64,000 nt of DNA. It comes from a virus. Its lineage: Duplodnaviria; Caudoviricetes. The stretch lies in the IMG/VR virus record IMGVR_UViG_3300025121_000014, positions 1 to 64,000 of that record; one strand, given 5' to 3'. Each line of letters opens with the position of its first letter. Position 1 is the stretch's first letter. The position numbers were made by a program, and so were the translations under genes. Under the pieces are notes generated by a model. That model was not told the DNA's origin. It searched no databases and saw only the letters and a program-made list of their open reading frames with translations. This document shows positions 19,938 to 29,702 of the stretch, piece after piece.

Positions 19938-20316
19938 CTATATTTTGTAATATCCGATTTAATTTTATTCTTCTTAAAAGTAAAAACTCATTTTCTTGTC
20001 CAATATATGCATATCTAATTATATATTCACCTGTATGCATATCCTTTTTAAAAAAGCATTTTTCTTCTAAAGGTATGTATATAACAACCTTATATTGTAA
20101 TTGTTTAATAACATTTATGAAATGATTTAAATTTTTAAATTTAGTATACTTAACACTTACATTTTGATTTATTACTCTAGGTTCACCGTTTATTTTTTTA
20201 ACATAATAATTTACAAATACTGGAATGAAAACATATTTTATTTTTGATATATCTACATCTAATCCTTCAAATAACATATTATTTATTTTTTCTAATTCTT
20301 TGGTTATTGTTGACAC
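19918..20316 (-). CDS. RxxK-tagged protein (weak capsid C-terminus-like YIPL...IRYA)
   Basis: Ends LRRIKLNRI. Confidence 0.5.
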   Translation of the reverse strand: MSTITKELEKINNMLFEGLDVDISKIKYVFIPVFVNYYVKKINGEPRVINQNVSVKYTKFKNLNHFINVIKQLQYKVVIYIPLEEKCFFKKDMHTGEYIIRYAYIGQENEFLLLRRIKLNRILQNIVEMDYE

Positions 20317-20696
20317 TTCATTAATCTTTCAATTTTATATTTTCTAATATATTCCATAGTATGTATTTGTATTATGGAATAATCTACATTGAATTCTATT
20401 AGAATAATATTATCATCATCATAGATATAATCTTTAATGAATATACCATGTAAAATAAGTGATTTAGTATCATCAAAAATTTTTATTTTACTACATTTAT
20501 GTCTATGTTCATCCTGCATATATTTTATTAAATTAAATAAATTATAATCATCTTTTCTATTTGGTAGTAATTTACATTCTAAAATATAATCCAATTCAAC
20601 AATATCGTGATTGATATCTTCTGAATATTTAAATTTTGAATTAAAAAAATCAAATATTTTATCTTCTATTTTTATTAAAAATCCATTAAATATCAT
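20304..20696 (-). CDS. RxxK-tagged protein (weak tube-like beta pattern)
   Basis: IKIFD...LHG.F...IEFNVDY; ends IRKYKIERL. Confidence 0.5.
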   Translation of the reverse strand: MIFNGFLIKIEDKIFDFFNSKFKYSEDINHDIVELDYILECKLLPNRKDDYNLFNLIKYMQDEHRHKCSKIKIFDDTKSLILHGIFIKDYIYDDDNIILIEFNVDYSIIQIHTMEYIRKYKIERLMKCQQ

Positions 20697-20895
20697 TTAT
20701 TAATCTCTTTAATTTTTTATATCTAGCCCACATATTTACTAATACCATATTTACCATCATATAATTTTTACTTGTATATGGTTTATATGTTATATAAACC
20801 AAATTTTCAGTAAATGGTGGTTTAGTCATATATGTATAATCAGTTATTCCTTTTTCTGTTTCTAGATAAATATCTAATAATTGTTTATTGAACAT
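20686..20895 (-). CDS. RxxK-tagged small protein
   Basis: Ends ARYKKLKRL. Confidence 0.55.
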   Translation of the reverse strand: MFNKQLLDIYLETEKGITDYTYMTKPPFTENLVYITYKPYTSKNYMMVNMVLVNMWARYKKLKRLINDI

Positions 20896-21118
20896 TTAAT
20901 TTCTTTATTTTTTTACTTCTTAACCATTTAATATAACCAGATTTATCTAATCCAAAACCTTTTGTATCTCTATTATTTAATTTTACATAATCATCTAATA
21001 TTCTAATTATTATCGATTTATCTATTACTTTTATTGTTTCGATCATTTTATCGGTATATTGTGTGTTACTACACCAATAATTTAAATATTCAATTATAAG
21101 TTTATTATCGTATTCCAT
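20885..21118 (-). CDS. RxxK-tagged small protein
   Basis: Ends LRSKKIKKL. Confidence 0.55.
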   Translation of the reverse strand: MEYDNKLIIEYLNYWCSNTQYTDKMIETIKVIDKSIIIRILDDYVKLNNRDTKGFGLDKSGYIKWLRSKKIKKLNVQ

Positions 21119-21336
21119 TTAATATTTTGTTTAATTTTTTACTTCTTAACCATAAATCAAAATCTTCTTTTTTTACAAATTTATCGGCAATTTTATTTTT
21201 TTTTATAATAATTGTTAGAAAAATTAACATATATGAAATTCCATTTATCTAATTTTATTAAATTCGGTCTTATTTTAGAAATATCATTTATTTGCACATT
21301 TAAATATTTTGATATAATATTTTTATTTAATTCCAT
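21105..21336 (-). pseudogene. RxxK-tagged gene frameshifted at an A9 tract (21196-21204)
   Basis: MELNKNIISKYLN...NNYYKKK* in one frame; ...KIADKFVKKEDFDLWLRSKKLNKILNGIR* in the adjacent frame. Span is 77 codons + 1 nt; paralog of 21323-21556. Confidence 0.65.
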
Positions 21337-21556
21337 TTAATATTTTTTCTAATTTTTTACTTCTTTCCCAAATATGATAATCATTATATCTTATTATTTC
21401 ATTAAATGTTTTAATTTTTATACCATATTCATTAGTAAAATAAACTAAAAAATAAATCAATTTAAATTTAAATATTAATATTCTATCAATATCATCAACA
21501 TTAATATTTAAATATTCAGCTACACTTTCTTTACTTGGTTCTATCAGTTTTATCAT
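21323..21556 (-). CDS. RxxK-tagged small protein
   Basis: Ends ERSKKLEKILNGIK. Confidence 0.6.
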   Translation of the reverse strand: MIKLIEPSKESVAEYLNINVDDIDRILIFKFKLIYFLVYFTNEYGIKIKTFNEIIRYNDYHIWERSKKLEKILNGIK

Positions 21557-21633
21557 ATTTTTTAGAAAAAGTTTTCCAATACTTAAGGTAGTAAATATTA
21601 TTCTTTAAAACAAATTTTTAATATATAAAATGT

Positions 21634-23301
21634 ATGAAAACTTTTAAAGAATTTATAAATGAAAATATTAAAGATTTACTTCAAGGTAGATCAGAAGATG
21701 ATATAGAAAAAAGATTAGAAGGATTAGATGATATAGAAAAAATTAAAATGGTACTTCAATATGATTTACCAGAAAAATATTTACCCCAAAAATATTACGA
21801 TATAGTAAACGAATACATTACAAGTATTAAAAATAGTGTTAAAGAATTAAAAAATATATTAAATAAACCTGTAATTAACGTGGAAAGTTATATTGAAATA
21901 TTTAATACAATAATATTAGCATATACACATTTTTCTAATGTTGAAGATCAATATGATGATTTAGAAGTAGATGAAATTATTCATGAAATTTCTGAATTAG
22001 ACGAAGATAGAATAAAAATTATAGTTTGGTATAATTATACAGATGATTATGAAACGTTTTATACAACATATGATAAACTTAATTTTTTTGATTTAGATAT
22101 GCTCGATAAAAAATTAAAAAAAGCGATTAAAACTTTTAATTCTATTAATGAAAATATTAAAGATTTACTTCAACCAAAATCTGATGATGAAATAATTAAA
22201 GCATTAGAAGGTTTATCTGATTCAGATAAGATAAAACAAATAATTATAAATCAATTAGATTTTAATTTATTACCTCGAAATAAAGATGGAATATGTTTAT
22301 ATGATGATTGGTTAATAATATCTAAATCGAATATAACAGAATTACCAGATAATTTATTAGTAAAAGGTTGGGTATTATGTGATCATAATAAATTATCTAA
22401 ATTACCAAAAGGTTTAACTGTTTTAGGATCACTTTATTGTCAACATAATTTATTAACAGAAATACCAAATGACATTTATGTTAAAGGAAAGTTATTATGT
22501 TACGATAATGCAAAAGTATTAGAATTGCCCGATGGAGCTGAAGTTGGAGAATTCCAAAACATTGAAGTTATAGAATCAATGTATGAAAGTGTAAAAGATT
22601 TGCTTCAACCAAAATCTTATGATGAAATTAAAAAGAATTTAAATTATTTAAATGCATTTGACAAAACAAATATGATTATAAAATATCAATTAGATAGTAA
22701 ATTAATGCCGTCAAAAGATGATATGATTAAATCATTAGATGTTGTAAACACATTAGATAAAATAAGATATATTTATAGATTTGATTTACCAAAAAAATAT
22801 TTACCTTCGGATAAAGATATAAAAGAAGCATTAAAAAATGTTTCTGTTCCTAGTATAATATCATGGGTAAGAACATTTAAATTATCTGAAAAATTATTAC
22901 CAATTTTAAATAAAATAAAAGAACATATTAAAAAATTAGATAATAATGATCAAATAATGTTCATATTTGAAAATGGACTACCCTATGATTTATTACCTAG
23001 AACTAAAGATGGTATATGTAAATTTTATAAATATTATAATACTGATTTAAATATTCAAAATATTGGTTTAACTAAATTACCAGATAATTTAACAGTATAT
23101 AATAATTTAGATTGTAGTAATAATAATTTAAAAGAATTACCAAAAGGCTTAAAGGTTTATAAACATTTATTTTGTGATAGTAATTTATTAACTGAATTAC
23201 CTGATGACTTATATGTGATGGGTGATGTATATTGTGGTAATAATAAAGCAAAACTAAAATTACCAAAAGGCGCTGTTGTTATAGGAGAAATTATTAATTA
23301 A
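21634..23301 (+). CDS. CTS-bearing modular polyprotein with three DLL-KS modules and LRR-like solenoids
   Basis: MKTFKEFINE; ENIKDLLQGRS, ENIKDLLQPKS, ESVKDLLQPKS; two LPDNL.V.G.L.C..N.L repeat blocks. Confidence 0.7.
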   Translation: MKTFKEFINENIKDLLQGRSEDDIEKRLEGLDDIEKIKMVLQYDLPEKYLPQKYYDIVNEYITSIKNSVKELKNILNKPVINVESYIEIFNTIILAYTHFSNVEDQYDDLEVDEIIHEISELDEDRIKIIVWYNYTDDYETFYTTYDKLNFFDLDMLDKKLKKAIKTFNSINENIKDLLQPKSDDEIIKALEGLSDSDKIKQIIINQLDFNLLPRNKDGICLYDDWLIISKSNITELPDNLLVKGWVLCDHNKLSKLPKGLTVLGSLYCQHNLLTEIPNDIYVKGKLLCYDNAKVLELPDGAEVGEFQNIEVIESMYESVKDLLQPKSYDEIKKNLNYLNAFDKTNMIIKYQLDSKLMPSKDDMIKSLDVVNTLDKIRYIYRFDLPKKYLPSDKDIKEALKNVSVPSIISWVRTFKLSEKLLPILNKIKEHIKKLDNNDQIMFIFENGLPYDLLPRTKDGICKFYKYYNTDLNIQNIGLTKLPDNLTVYNNLDCSNNNLKELPKGLKVYKHLFCDSNLLTELPDDLYVMGDVYCGNNKAKLKLPKGAVVIGEIIN

Positions 23302-23314
23302 TATATAACTATAT

Positions 23315-23650
23315 ATGAAAACATTTAAACAATTTAATGAAAGTATAAGAGATTTACTTAAAGGGAAATCAAAAGATGATATTGAAAATGTATTAAGTAA
23401 TATGGATATTCCTAGTAGATTAATTAATATTAGTAAGTATGATTTAGATACAGAATATATGCCAACAAAAAAAGAATTAGAAGAATATATTAAAACATTA
23501 ACAACACCCGGGAAAATGTCATACATTATAAATTACAAATTAGATAAAGAATTTTTACCAAGTAATGAAGAAATTAAAGAATACATTAAAAAATTTAGTA
23601 ATGACCAACAAATAGAATATATTATTGAAAATGAACTACACATTAAATAA
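23315..23650 (+). CDS. CTS/DLL-KS module protein with helical repeats
   Basis: MKTFKQFNESIRDLLKGKSKDDI; Y.L..E(Y/F)(M/L)P..EE repeats. Confidence 0.65.
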   Translation: MKTFKQFNESIRDLLKGKSKDDIENVLSNMDIPSRLINISKYDLDTEYMPTKKELEEYIKTLTTPGKMSYIINYKLDKEFLPSNEEIKEYIKKFSNDQQIEYIIENELHIK

Positions 23651-23657
23651 ATATTAA

Positions 23658-24978
23658 TGTGTTTCCAGAACTTAAACAAGTTCCTTCTCTTTAAACGCTT
23701 CATTGCTTATGCCATCAAATGATGGTCTTATTTTGGCTCTGCGTTTGTAATCGGAAGTCCCTCCCGATATATTTTTTCTATATCCTTCATTAAAGATATT
23801 GATTGCTGCATTTACATCTCTATCATGAACTTCACTACATTCAGGGCAAGTCCAAGTTCTATCTTTCAAATGTAATGGTTGATTGATATAACCACATTTA
23901 TGACAGGTTTTACTTGAAGGAAAAAATCTATCTATATGTATTATTTCCTTTTCATTCCACTCTGCTTTGTATGTAAGAATATCAATGAATTTACCCCAAC
24001 TAACATCACCAATGGCTTTTGCTAATTTATGGTTTTTCATCATTCCTTTTACATTCAAATCTTCAAGATAGATTTTATCGTATTGATTTACAAGGTTTAA
24101 TGTAGTTTTATGAATTAAATCCATTCTTGAATTAGTTATTTTTTCATGAATTTTTGCTACTTTAATCCTTTGTTTTTCACACCTTGATGAACCTTTTGTT
24201 TTTCTTGATAGATATTTTTGATTTTTGGTTAAAAGTTTTTCATAGTGTTTAAGAAATCTATGGTTCTTGATTTTCGTTCCATTAGATAACACTAAAAAAT
24301 CTTTTATTCCTAAATCTATTCCTACTGATTGGTTTGTTTTAACTAAAGGTGTATATTCCTTTTCAGTTAGAATTGAAACAAAGTATTTACTAGTAGGGGT
24401 TTTACTTAATGTTGCTTTTTTAATTATTCCTTTAATTTCTCGTTCCATTATCATTTTAATTCCTTCTTGAAATTTTGGTATGAAAAGTAATACATCTTCA
24501 TTTCTAACAAATTGAGGACAAGTAAATGAGTTTTTTGATTTTTTTGACTTAAAACGAGGAAATTGAGTTCTTTTATTAAAGAAATTTTGGTATGCCTGAT
24601 CTAAACATTTCAATGAATATTGAAGTGATTGACTATTAACTTCTTTTAACCAATCTGTTTCATTTTCTTGCTTTAATTGTGTTAAACATTTTGATTGTTT
24701 GTTATAAGTTATTGATTTTTTACTATTTAAATATTCTTCTTTTCTTTGATTAAGAAAATAATTATATGACCACCTAACTGAACCAAAATGTTTATTTAAA
24801 AGAACTTCTTGTTCCTTTGTTGGTTTCAGTCTAAATTTATACGTATATTTAATTATTTTCACTTAAACAAAATTGTTTTTTTTGTATAAGTATATATTAA
24901 ACAAAAAAAGTCACATTTTTCCATTTTTGAAAGTCAAATTCATCCATTAAACTGAAGATTTAACGGTTTTCTTTGACA
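23658..24978 (-). mobile_element. IS200/IS605-family (IS1341-like) tnpB-only element, right end apparently truncated
   Basis: Left-end hairpin GTCAAAGAAAACCGTTAAATCTTCAGTTTAATGGATGAATTTGAC near-identical to that at 46475; no tnpA. Confidence 0.75.
23672..24862 (-). CDS. tnpB: TnpB RNA-guided nuclease
   Basis: YKFRLKPT HTH, GIDLG, LEDL, CHKCG...CPEC, DRDVNAAIN. Confidence 0.92.
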   Translation of the reverse strand: MKIIKYTYKFRLKPTKEQEVLLNKHFGSVRWSYNYFLNQRKEEYLNSKKSITYNKQSKCLTQLKQENETDWLKEVNSQSLQYSLKCLDQAYQNFFNKRTQFPRFKSKKSKNSFTCPQFVRNEDVLLFIPKFQEGIKMIMEREIKGIIKKATLSKTPTSKYFVSILTEKEYTPLVKTNQSVGIDLGIKDFLVLSNGTKIKNHRFLKHYEKLLTKNQKYLSRKTKGSSRCEKQRIKVAKIHEKITNSRMDLIHKTTLNLVNQYDKIYLEDLNVKGMMKNHKLAKAIGDVSWGKFIDILTYKAEWNEKEIIHIDRFFPSSKTCHKCGYINQPLHLKDRTWTCPECSEVHDRDVNAAINIFNEGYRKNISGGTSDYKRRAKIRPSFDGISNEAFKEKELV

Positions 24979-25001
24979 GATTAAATAAATTTCAATTATT
25001 T

Positions 25002-28000
25002 TTACATTTTTAGACTTGATATTCCATATTCATCCTTTTCAACTGTAATTAAGTAATCGTAATTAATAGTTTTATCGTGTTCAATTATGATAAGTTTATC
25101 TACTTGGTTTTTAATACTATCTAATAGGTCTATAAATTTTTCAACACTCGAATCAACGAGTTTTGACATTATCTCGTCTAACATTAACATAGAACATTTT
25201 GATTTTGAATTAACAGATCTTAACGCTATTTTTAAACTAACAGCAGCAAAAGTTCTTTCCATACCACTTGATTGTTCTATTCCTTGACATACATCCAACC
25301 GATTATCATTCGATAATTTTAAATTTAATTCTTCATCAAAATAAATTGTATAATCTACATCAGTTAAAATATTATTTAATTCTTGATTAATTATTGATAT
25401 TGACTTCTTTAATAAATAAGTTGGAATTCCATCTCTATGAACACACTTTAAATATACAGTTAAAATTTCATCTCGTTTTTGTTGTTCTTTAAATTTAATT
25501 AAAATTTTATCTAATTCTTCTAACTTACTATTAATCAACATCATATTAGCATCTATATTAGATTTTTCATTAGATTTTTCATTAATTTGAATATCTAATT
25601 CATCCAGTAATATATTTAAATCATTAATTTTAATTAAAAGATCTTTATTGTGTTGAATTTTATGTAATTCATTATTATAAGTTTCAATTTCTTTTTCAAG
25701 ATTAAGTATTTCTGATTTACATTTTATAATATCTAAATTTATTTTATCTTCTAAAGCAATTGCTTCTTTTTTCTTTTGGTATTTAACTTCTTCTTCTTCT
25801 AAAATAATAATATCTATTTTTATTGTTTCCAAACTACTTTTCTTAATAGAAATATGATTAATTAATTTTTCTTTTTCTTTTTCTATATTATTTATTTTAT
25901 CAATAGTATATTCTTTTTGTTCATATGATGATTTTAATTTTAATCTTAAATTATTTGATAAATTATCATCCTTAATTAAAGTAATGTTTTTATTAATTTC
26001 TTCATTATTATTTTTATAATTAGAAATTTTATTTAAAACATCATAGTAAGATTCTTTTAAATCATTATCAAAATTATAATCTTTTTCAGATATTTTTATT
26101 AATATACTTTCTTTATTTTTTATTGATTCATTCAAATTATTATATTCTATTTTTAATAATTTAACTTCTTCCATTATGTTTAACATCCTGGATTTATTTT
26201 TTTCTATTTTTTCACCAATAATAATAATATCTTTTTCTTCTAATGGTCTATGGCAAGTTATGCAAATTTTACTATGTTCTAAATCATTATTCTCTACTTT
26301 TAACAATTTGCCATCATTCATTAAATTATCAATTTTTGTTTGAACATTATTTTGCTGTAATGTTATTTTATGAACATTTTCTTTGATATCAGATTTTAAT
26401 TTAATTATTTTATCATTAAAATCTGTTTTTAATTTAGATATTTCATTATCATTTGTTTCTATTTCTTTTTCAAGTGTTCTAATATGTTGATCGATGATAT
26501 TTTTAATATCCATATTGATAGTTTTTATATCAGATGATAGTTTACCTATCTCAATATCAAAGTCCTTGGATTGTATGTTTAAATCGTTTATTTCGTCTTT
26601 TAAATTATTTAATTTATCTCTTTTTTCAATTAATTCTACATTATTATAATTTTTAATTTCTTCTTTTAATTGTTCAATTTTAGTTAATTGTTCTTCTCTT
26701 TTTTCAATAGTTAATTTAACTACTTCTATTTTATCTTTAACATTAATTAAATCGAAATTTTCTAATGATTTATCTATTTGATGCATCTGACTTAAATATC
26801 CATCTTTTTCTTTAATAAGAGGTTTCTTTTTTTCTTCAACAACTTTTATTTCCATAATTTTATTAACAAACTTAGATTCTAATAACATCATATTTTCGTT
26901 ATGAATTTTTTTATTTTCTTCATATTGTGTTAAATCGAAATCTATTCTGCTACTATTTAATTCTTTTTTATATATTTTGAATTCTTCTAATTTTTTTTCA
27001 AAAATATCATAACCAGCATATCTAATAACAGAATCAATAAATACTGATCTATCCATAGAAATTAAATCATTTAAATTATCTGCTGTAGTTAATACTAATC
27101 TTATAAAATCAGTAAAATCTCCAATAGTATTTTCTATAATTTTTTGAGTATCTTTCTTTTGTTCATCAGTTAAATTAGCATCATCTATTATATCACGACC
27201 TATGTAATAATTAACAGAAGTAGAACAAGAAGTTATTTCTGTTTTATTTCTATTCCATTTTCTTTCTGTTCTTCTTAAAATAGTATATTCTTGTTCATTA
27301 ATAGAAATTATTGCACCACCATTACAATAATCTAAATCTCTTTTGTTATTTATATATCGATTGTCTGAATTTTTTTCTCTTTTTAAAGTAGTTAATGTTT
27401 TCCCATAAATAATATAACAAATTGCATCAAGAATAGTTGTTTTTCCTTGCTGATTAATTCCAGTTAATTGATAAATTCCATTATTACTTTCCCAATCTAT
27501 AATAGTTTCATCACCATACGATTTAAAATTTTCAAACCAAAATTTATTTATACTCCAATTAACACCGATAGTGTTTTTAGATTGATCCATTCTATCATTA
27601 ATAATAGTATCAATATCTAATATTTCATTGATAAAATCTTTTTTATACCCATTCAATTTAAGAAATTCAATAAATATTTCTTTTTGAACATCTATATTTG
27701 TTAAATCGATTGATTCATTAATCATTTCAACCCCAGACATATCAGTATAAATAGCTTCTCTTTTGACTTTAATTTTAGGTAAATTATATTTATCTTTAAA
27801 ATATTGTCTTATTTTAATTTCATTTTCATTATTAACATTAGCGCTGATATCTTGCCATTTAACTTTAACTTCTGATTGTTCAGTTAAATGTTTAGATGTT
27901 AAATTAAGATTATTATAATCAGTATTAGTAGGAATTGTGAAATTTATATAATTATGTTCATTATGGATATGATGAAATATAGATTTAAATTCATCTTTGG

Positions 28001-28691
28001 ATTCAATTTGCCACTCTATAAACCCGTGATTTTCAACACTTTCCCCAAAATTTTGCTGAATTAAACTTGAACTATAAGCCATAGATTTATTTTCCCTAAA
28101 ATATTGCAATTTGTGAATATCATTTAAAAAGCAGTAATAGTTTTTGTCAAAAAATGCTACATTTTTATATTTTTTATCCGTAAATTTCATTCCTAAATCT
28201 GTAACAGAATTATTTATTGGGTCGTGAAAAAGTCCGATATAAATTTTATCATTATTTTTTGTATGTGGAATATCAATCCAAGGAATTATATGTTTTTCTA
28301 TATGTGAATAATTTACCCATATTATATCACCATCTTCATAAAAACCAGATTTTTCTAAATATAATATATTAGGATTATTAAGTAATTTGACTATTGGTCT
28401 GATTGAATTGACACGATTTTTGTTCTTGGACATAATGTCGTGATTACCCGGAATCACTATAGTCTTAGCGATATTAGCAAGTTCAGTTAAGAATTCTCCT
28501 GCTAATTCTTCCGCTTCATTAGATATAGCAACAAAATTATCAAACAAATCTCCACCGATTACAATCCGATCGGGCTTCAACTCATTTAATTTGTCATAAA
28601 ATTTTTGAAATTGGATTCTATATTCTTCATGTCTTTGTAAATTGAAAATATGTATATCTCCGCAGTGGGCTATTATAATAGGATTAGACAT
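25002..28691 (-). CDS. Fused SbcD(Mre11/gp47)-SbcC(Rad50/gp46) nuclease-ATPase
   Basis: N-terminal DIH, GGDLFD, GNHD and DIH phosphoesterase motifs; Walker A GINQQGKT, CITC hook, SGME, LMLDE, IIEH. Confidence 0.9.
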   Translation of the reverse strand: MSNPIIIAHCGDIHIFNLQRHEEYRIQFQKFYDKLNELKPDRIVIGGDLFDNFVAISNEAEELAGEFLTELANIAKTIVIPGNHDIMSKNKNRVNSIRPIVKLLNNPNILYLEKSGFYEDGDIIWVNYSHIEKHIIPWIDIPHTKNNDKIYIGLFHDPINNSVTDLGMKFTDKKYKNVAFFDKNYYCFLNDIHKLQYFRENKSMAYSSSLIQQNFGESVENHGFIEWQIESKDEFKSIFHHIHNEHNYINFTIPTNTDYNNLNLTSKHLTEQSEVKVKWQDISANVNNENEIKIRQYFKDKYNLPKIKVKREAIYTDMSGVEMINESIDLTNIDVQKEIFIEFLKLNGYKKDFINEILDIDTIINDRMDQSKNTIGVNWSINKFWFENFKSYGDETIIDWESNNGIYQLTGINQQGKTTILDAICYIIYGKTLTTLKREKNSDNRYINNKRDLDYCNGGAIISINEQEYTILRRTERKWNRNKTEITSCSTSVNYYIGRDIIDDANLTDEQKKDTQKIIENTIGDFTDFIRLVLTTADNLNDLISMDRSVFIDSVIRYAGYDIFEKKLEEFKIYKKELNSSRIDFDLTQYEENKKIHNENMMLLESKFVNKIMEIKVVEEKKKPLIKEKDGYLSQMHQIDKSLENFDLINVKDKIEVVKLTIEKREEQLTKIEQLKEEIKNYNNVELIEKRDKLNNLKDEINDLNIQSKDFDIEIGKLSSDIKTINMDIKNIIDQHIRTLEKEIETNDNEISKLKTDFNDKIIKLKSDIKENVHKITLQQNNVQTKIDNLMNDGKLLKVENNDLEHSKICITCHRPLEEKDIIIIGEKIEKNKSRMLNIMEEVKLLKIEYNNLNESIKNKESILIKISEKDYNFDNDLKESYYDVLNKISNYKNNNEEINKNITLIKDDNLSNNLRLKLKSSYEQKEYTIDKINNIEKEKEKLINHISIKKSSLETIKIDIIILEEEEVKYQKKKEAIALEDKINLDIIKCKSEILNLEKEIETYNNELHKIQHNKDLLIKINDLNILLDELDIQINEKSNEKSNIDANMMLINSKLEELDKILIKFKEQQKRDEILTVYLKCVHRDGIPTYLLKKSISIINQELNNILTDVDYTIYFDEELNLKLSNDNRLDVCQGIEQSSGMERTFAAVSLKIALRSVNSKSKCSMLMLDEIMSKLVDSSVEKFIDLLDSIKNQVDKLIIIEHDKTINYDYLITVEKDEYGISSLKM

Positions 28692-28710
28692 TAATTGTTT
28701 TGATTATTTT

Positions 28711-29238
28711 TTAAAATGGTTGTATAATATCTTTAATAATAACATTTAAATCTTTATTTAAATGTTCTTTATTTTCACCTTTATTTTTTATATATGACAA
28801 TAATATATCTTTAACCGATGGTGGATAAGTTCCATATTTTTTAGTACTAAAAGGCAAAAAATAATTATAATTTAAATTATTTTGATTTATTTTTTGAATT
28901 AAATCAGATTCTTTAAATCTTATTTGAATTTTATTATCATCACATAAAACTATAACACTATATTTTATATTTACTTTATTTGACAATATCATTCCTAGTT
29001 CTTTAGACAATCTATTTAAAGTTGTATCAAATTTTGGATCTAAATCAATGCTTAAATCTATTTTATTTTCGTATTTTTCAAAATAAGACTTAATTATTAT
29101 TTCATCAGGAATATTAGACATTTTAAATATCCATTTTGATATTGAATTAAAATATTTTTTATCATAAAAATATATACCAATTTTTGTAATATTACGTCTA
29201 AATATAGATGAAATAAGCCAAATTAAAATTTCTTTCAT
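28711..29238 (-). CDS. Hypothetical protein
   Basis: 175-aa ORF translationally coupled (ATGA) to the upstream RHH gene. Confidence 0.5.
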   Translation of the reverse strand: MKEILIWLISSIFRRNITKIGIYFYDKKYFNSISKWIFKMSNIPDEIIIKSYFEKYENKIDLSIDLDPKFDTTLNRLSKELGMILSNKVNIKYSVIVLCDDNKIQIRFKESDLIQKINQNNLNYNYFLPFSTKKYGTYPPSVKDILLSYIKNKGENKEHLNKDLNVIIKDIIQPF

Positions 29239-29393
29239 TTTTCCTTATTATTTTTTTCAAAGTGTTCATTCAACACTTTTTCTATAAATTGTGATTTATT
29301 TTTTACATCACCATCTTTAATCATTTTTTCAATTATTTCGTTTATCTGTTCATTTATAGTAAATGACACTTTAATCTTATTTTCCTTCTTCAT
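29235..29393 (-). CDS. Ribbon-helix-helix DNA-binding protein (52 aa, not in ORF track)
   Basis: MKKENKIKVSFTINEQINEIIE...NKSQFIEKVLNEHF. Confidence 0.65.
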   Translation of the reverse strand: MKKENKIKVSFTINEQINEIIEKMIKDGDVKNKSQFIEKVLNEHFEKNNKEK

Positions 29394-29538
29394 ATAAATT
29401 ATTTCATTTTAATTATTATATAAAAAAATAGTAATTATGTTTATTTTAATTATTTAGAATGATTATGAATTAAAAAATAGTAGTACAAAACACTACTTTT
29501 GACTTTCAATATTTTATATATAAAAATAAAGGAAAGTT

Positions 29539-29700
29539 ATGAAAAAGAGAAAAATAAAGACTAAAATTTCAGTATCAATTAATAAAGACATTATAGATAT
29601 ATTAGATGATTTAACATCAAATCGTTCTAATTATTTAGATAGGGCATTATTAGAATATCTTAAAAATACTGGAATAGATATATCAAAAATTAAATTATAA
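29539..29700 (+). CDS. Ribbon-helix-helix DNA-binding protein (53 aa, not in ORF track)
   Basis: KTKISVSINKDIIDILD...NRSNYLDRALLEYL. Confidence 0.7.
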   Translation: MKKRKIKTKISVSINKDIIDILDDLTSNRSNYLDRALLEYLKNTGIDISKIKL

Positions 29701-29702
29701 CT

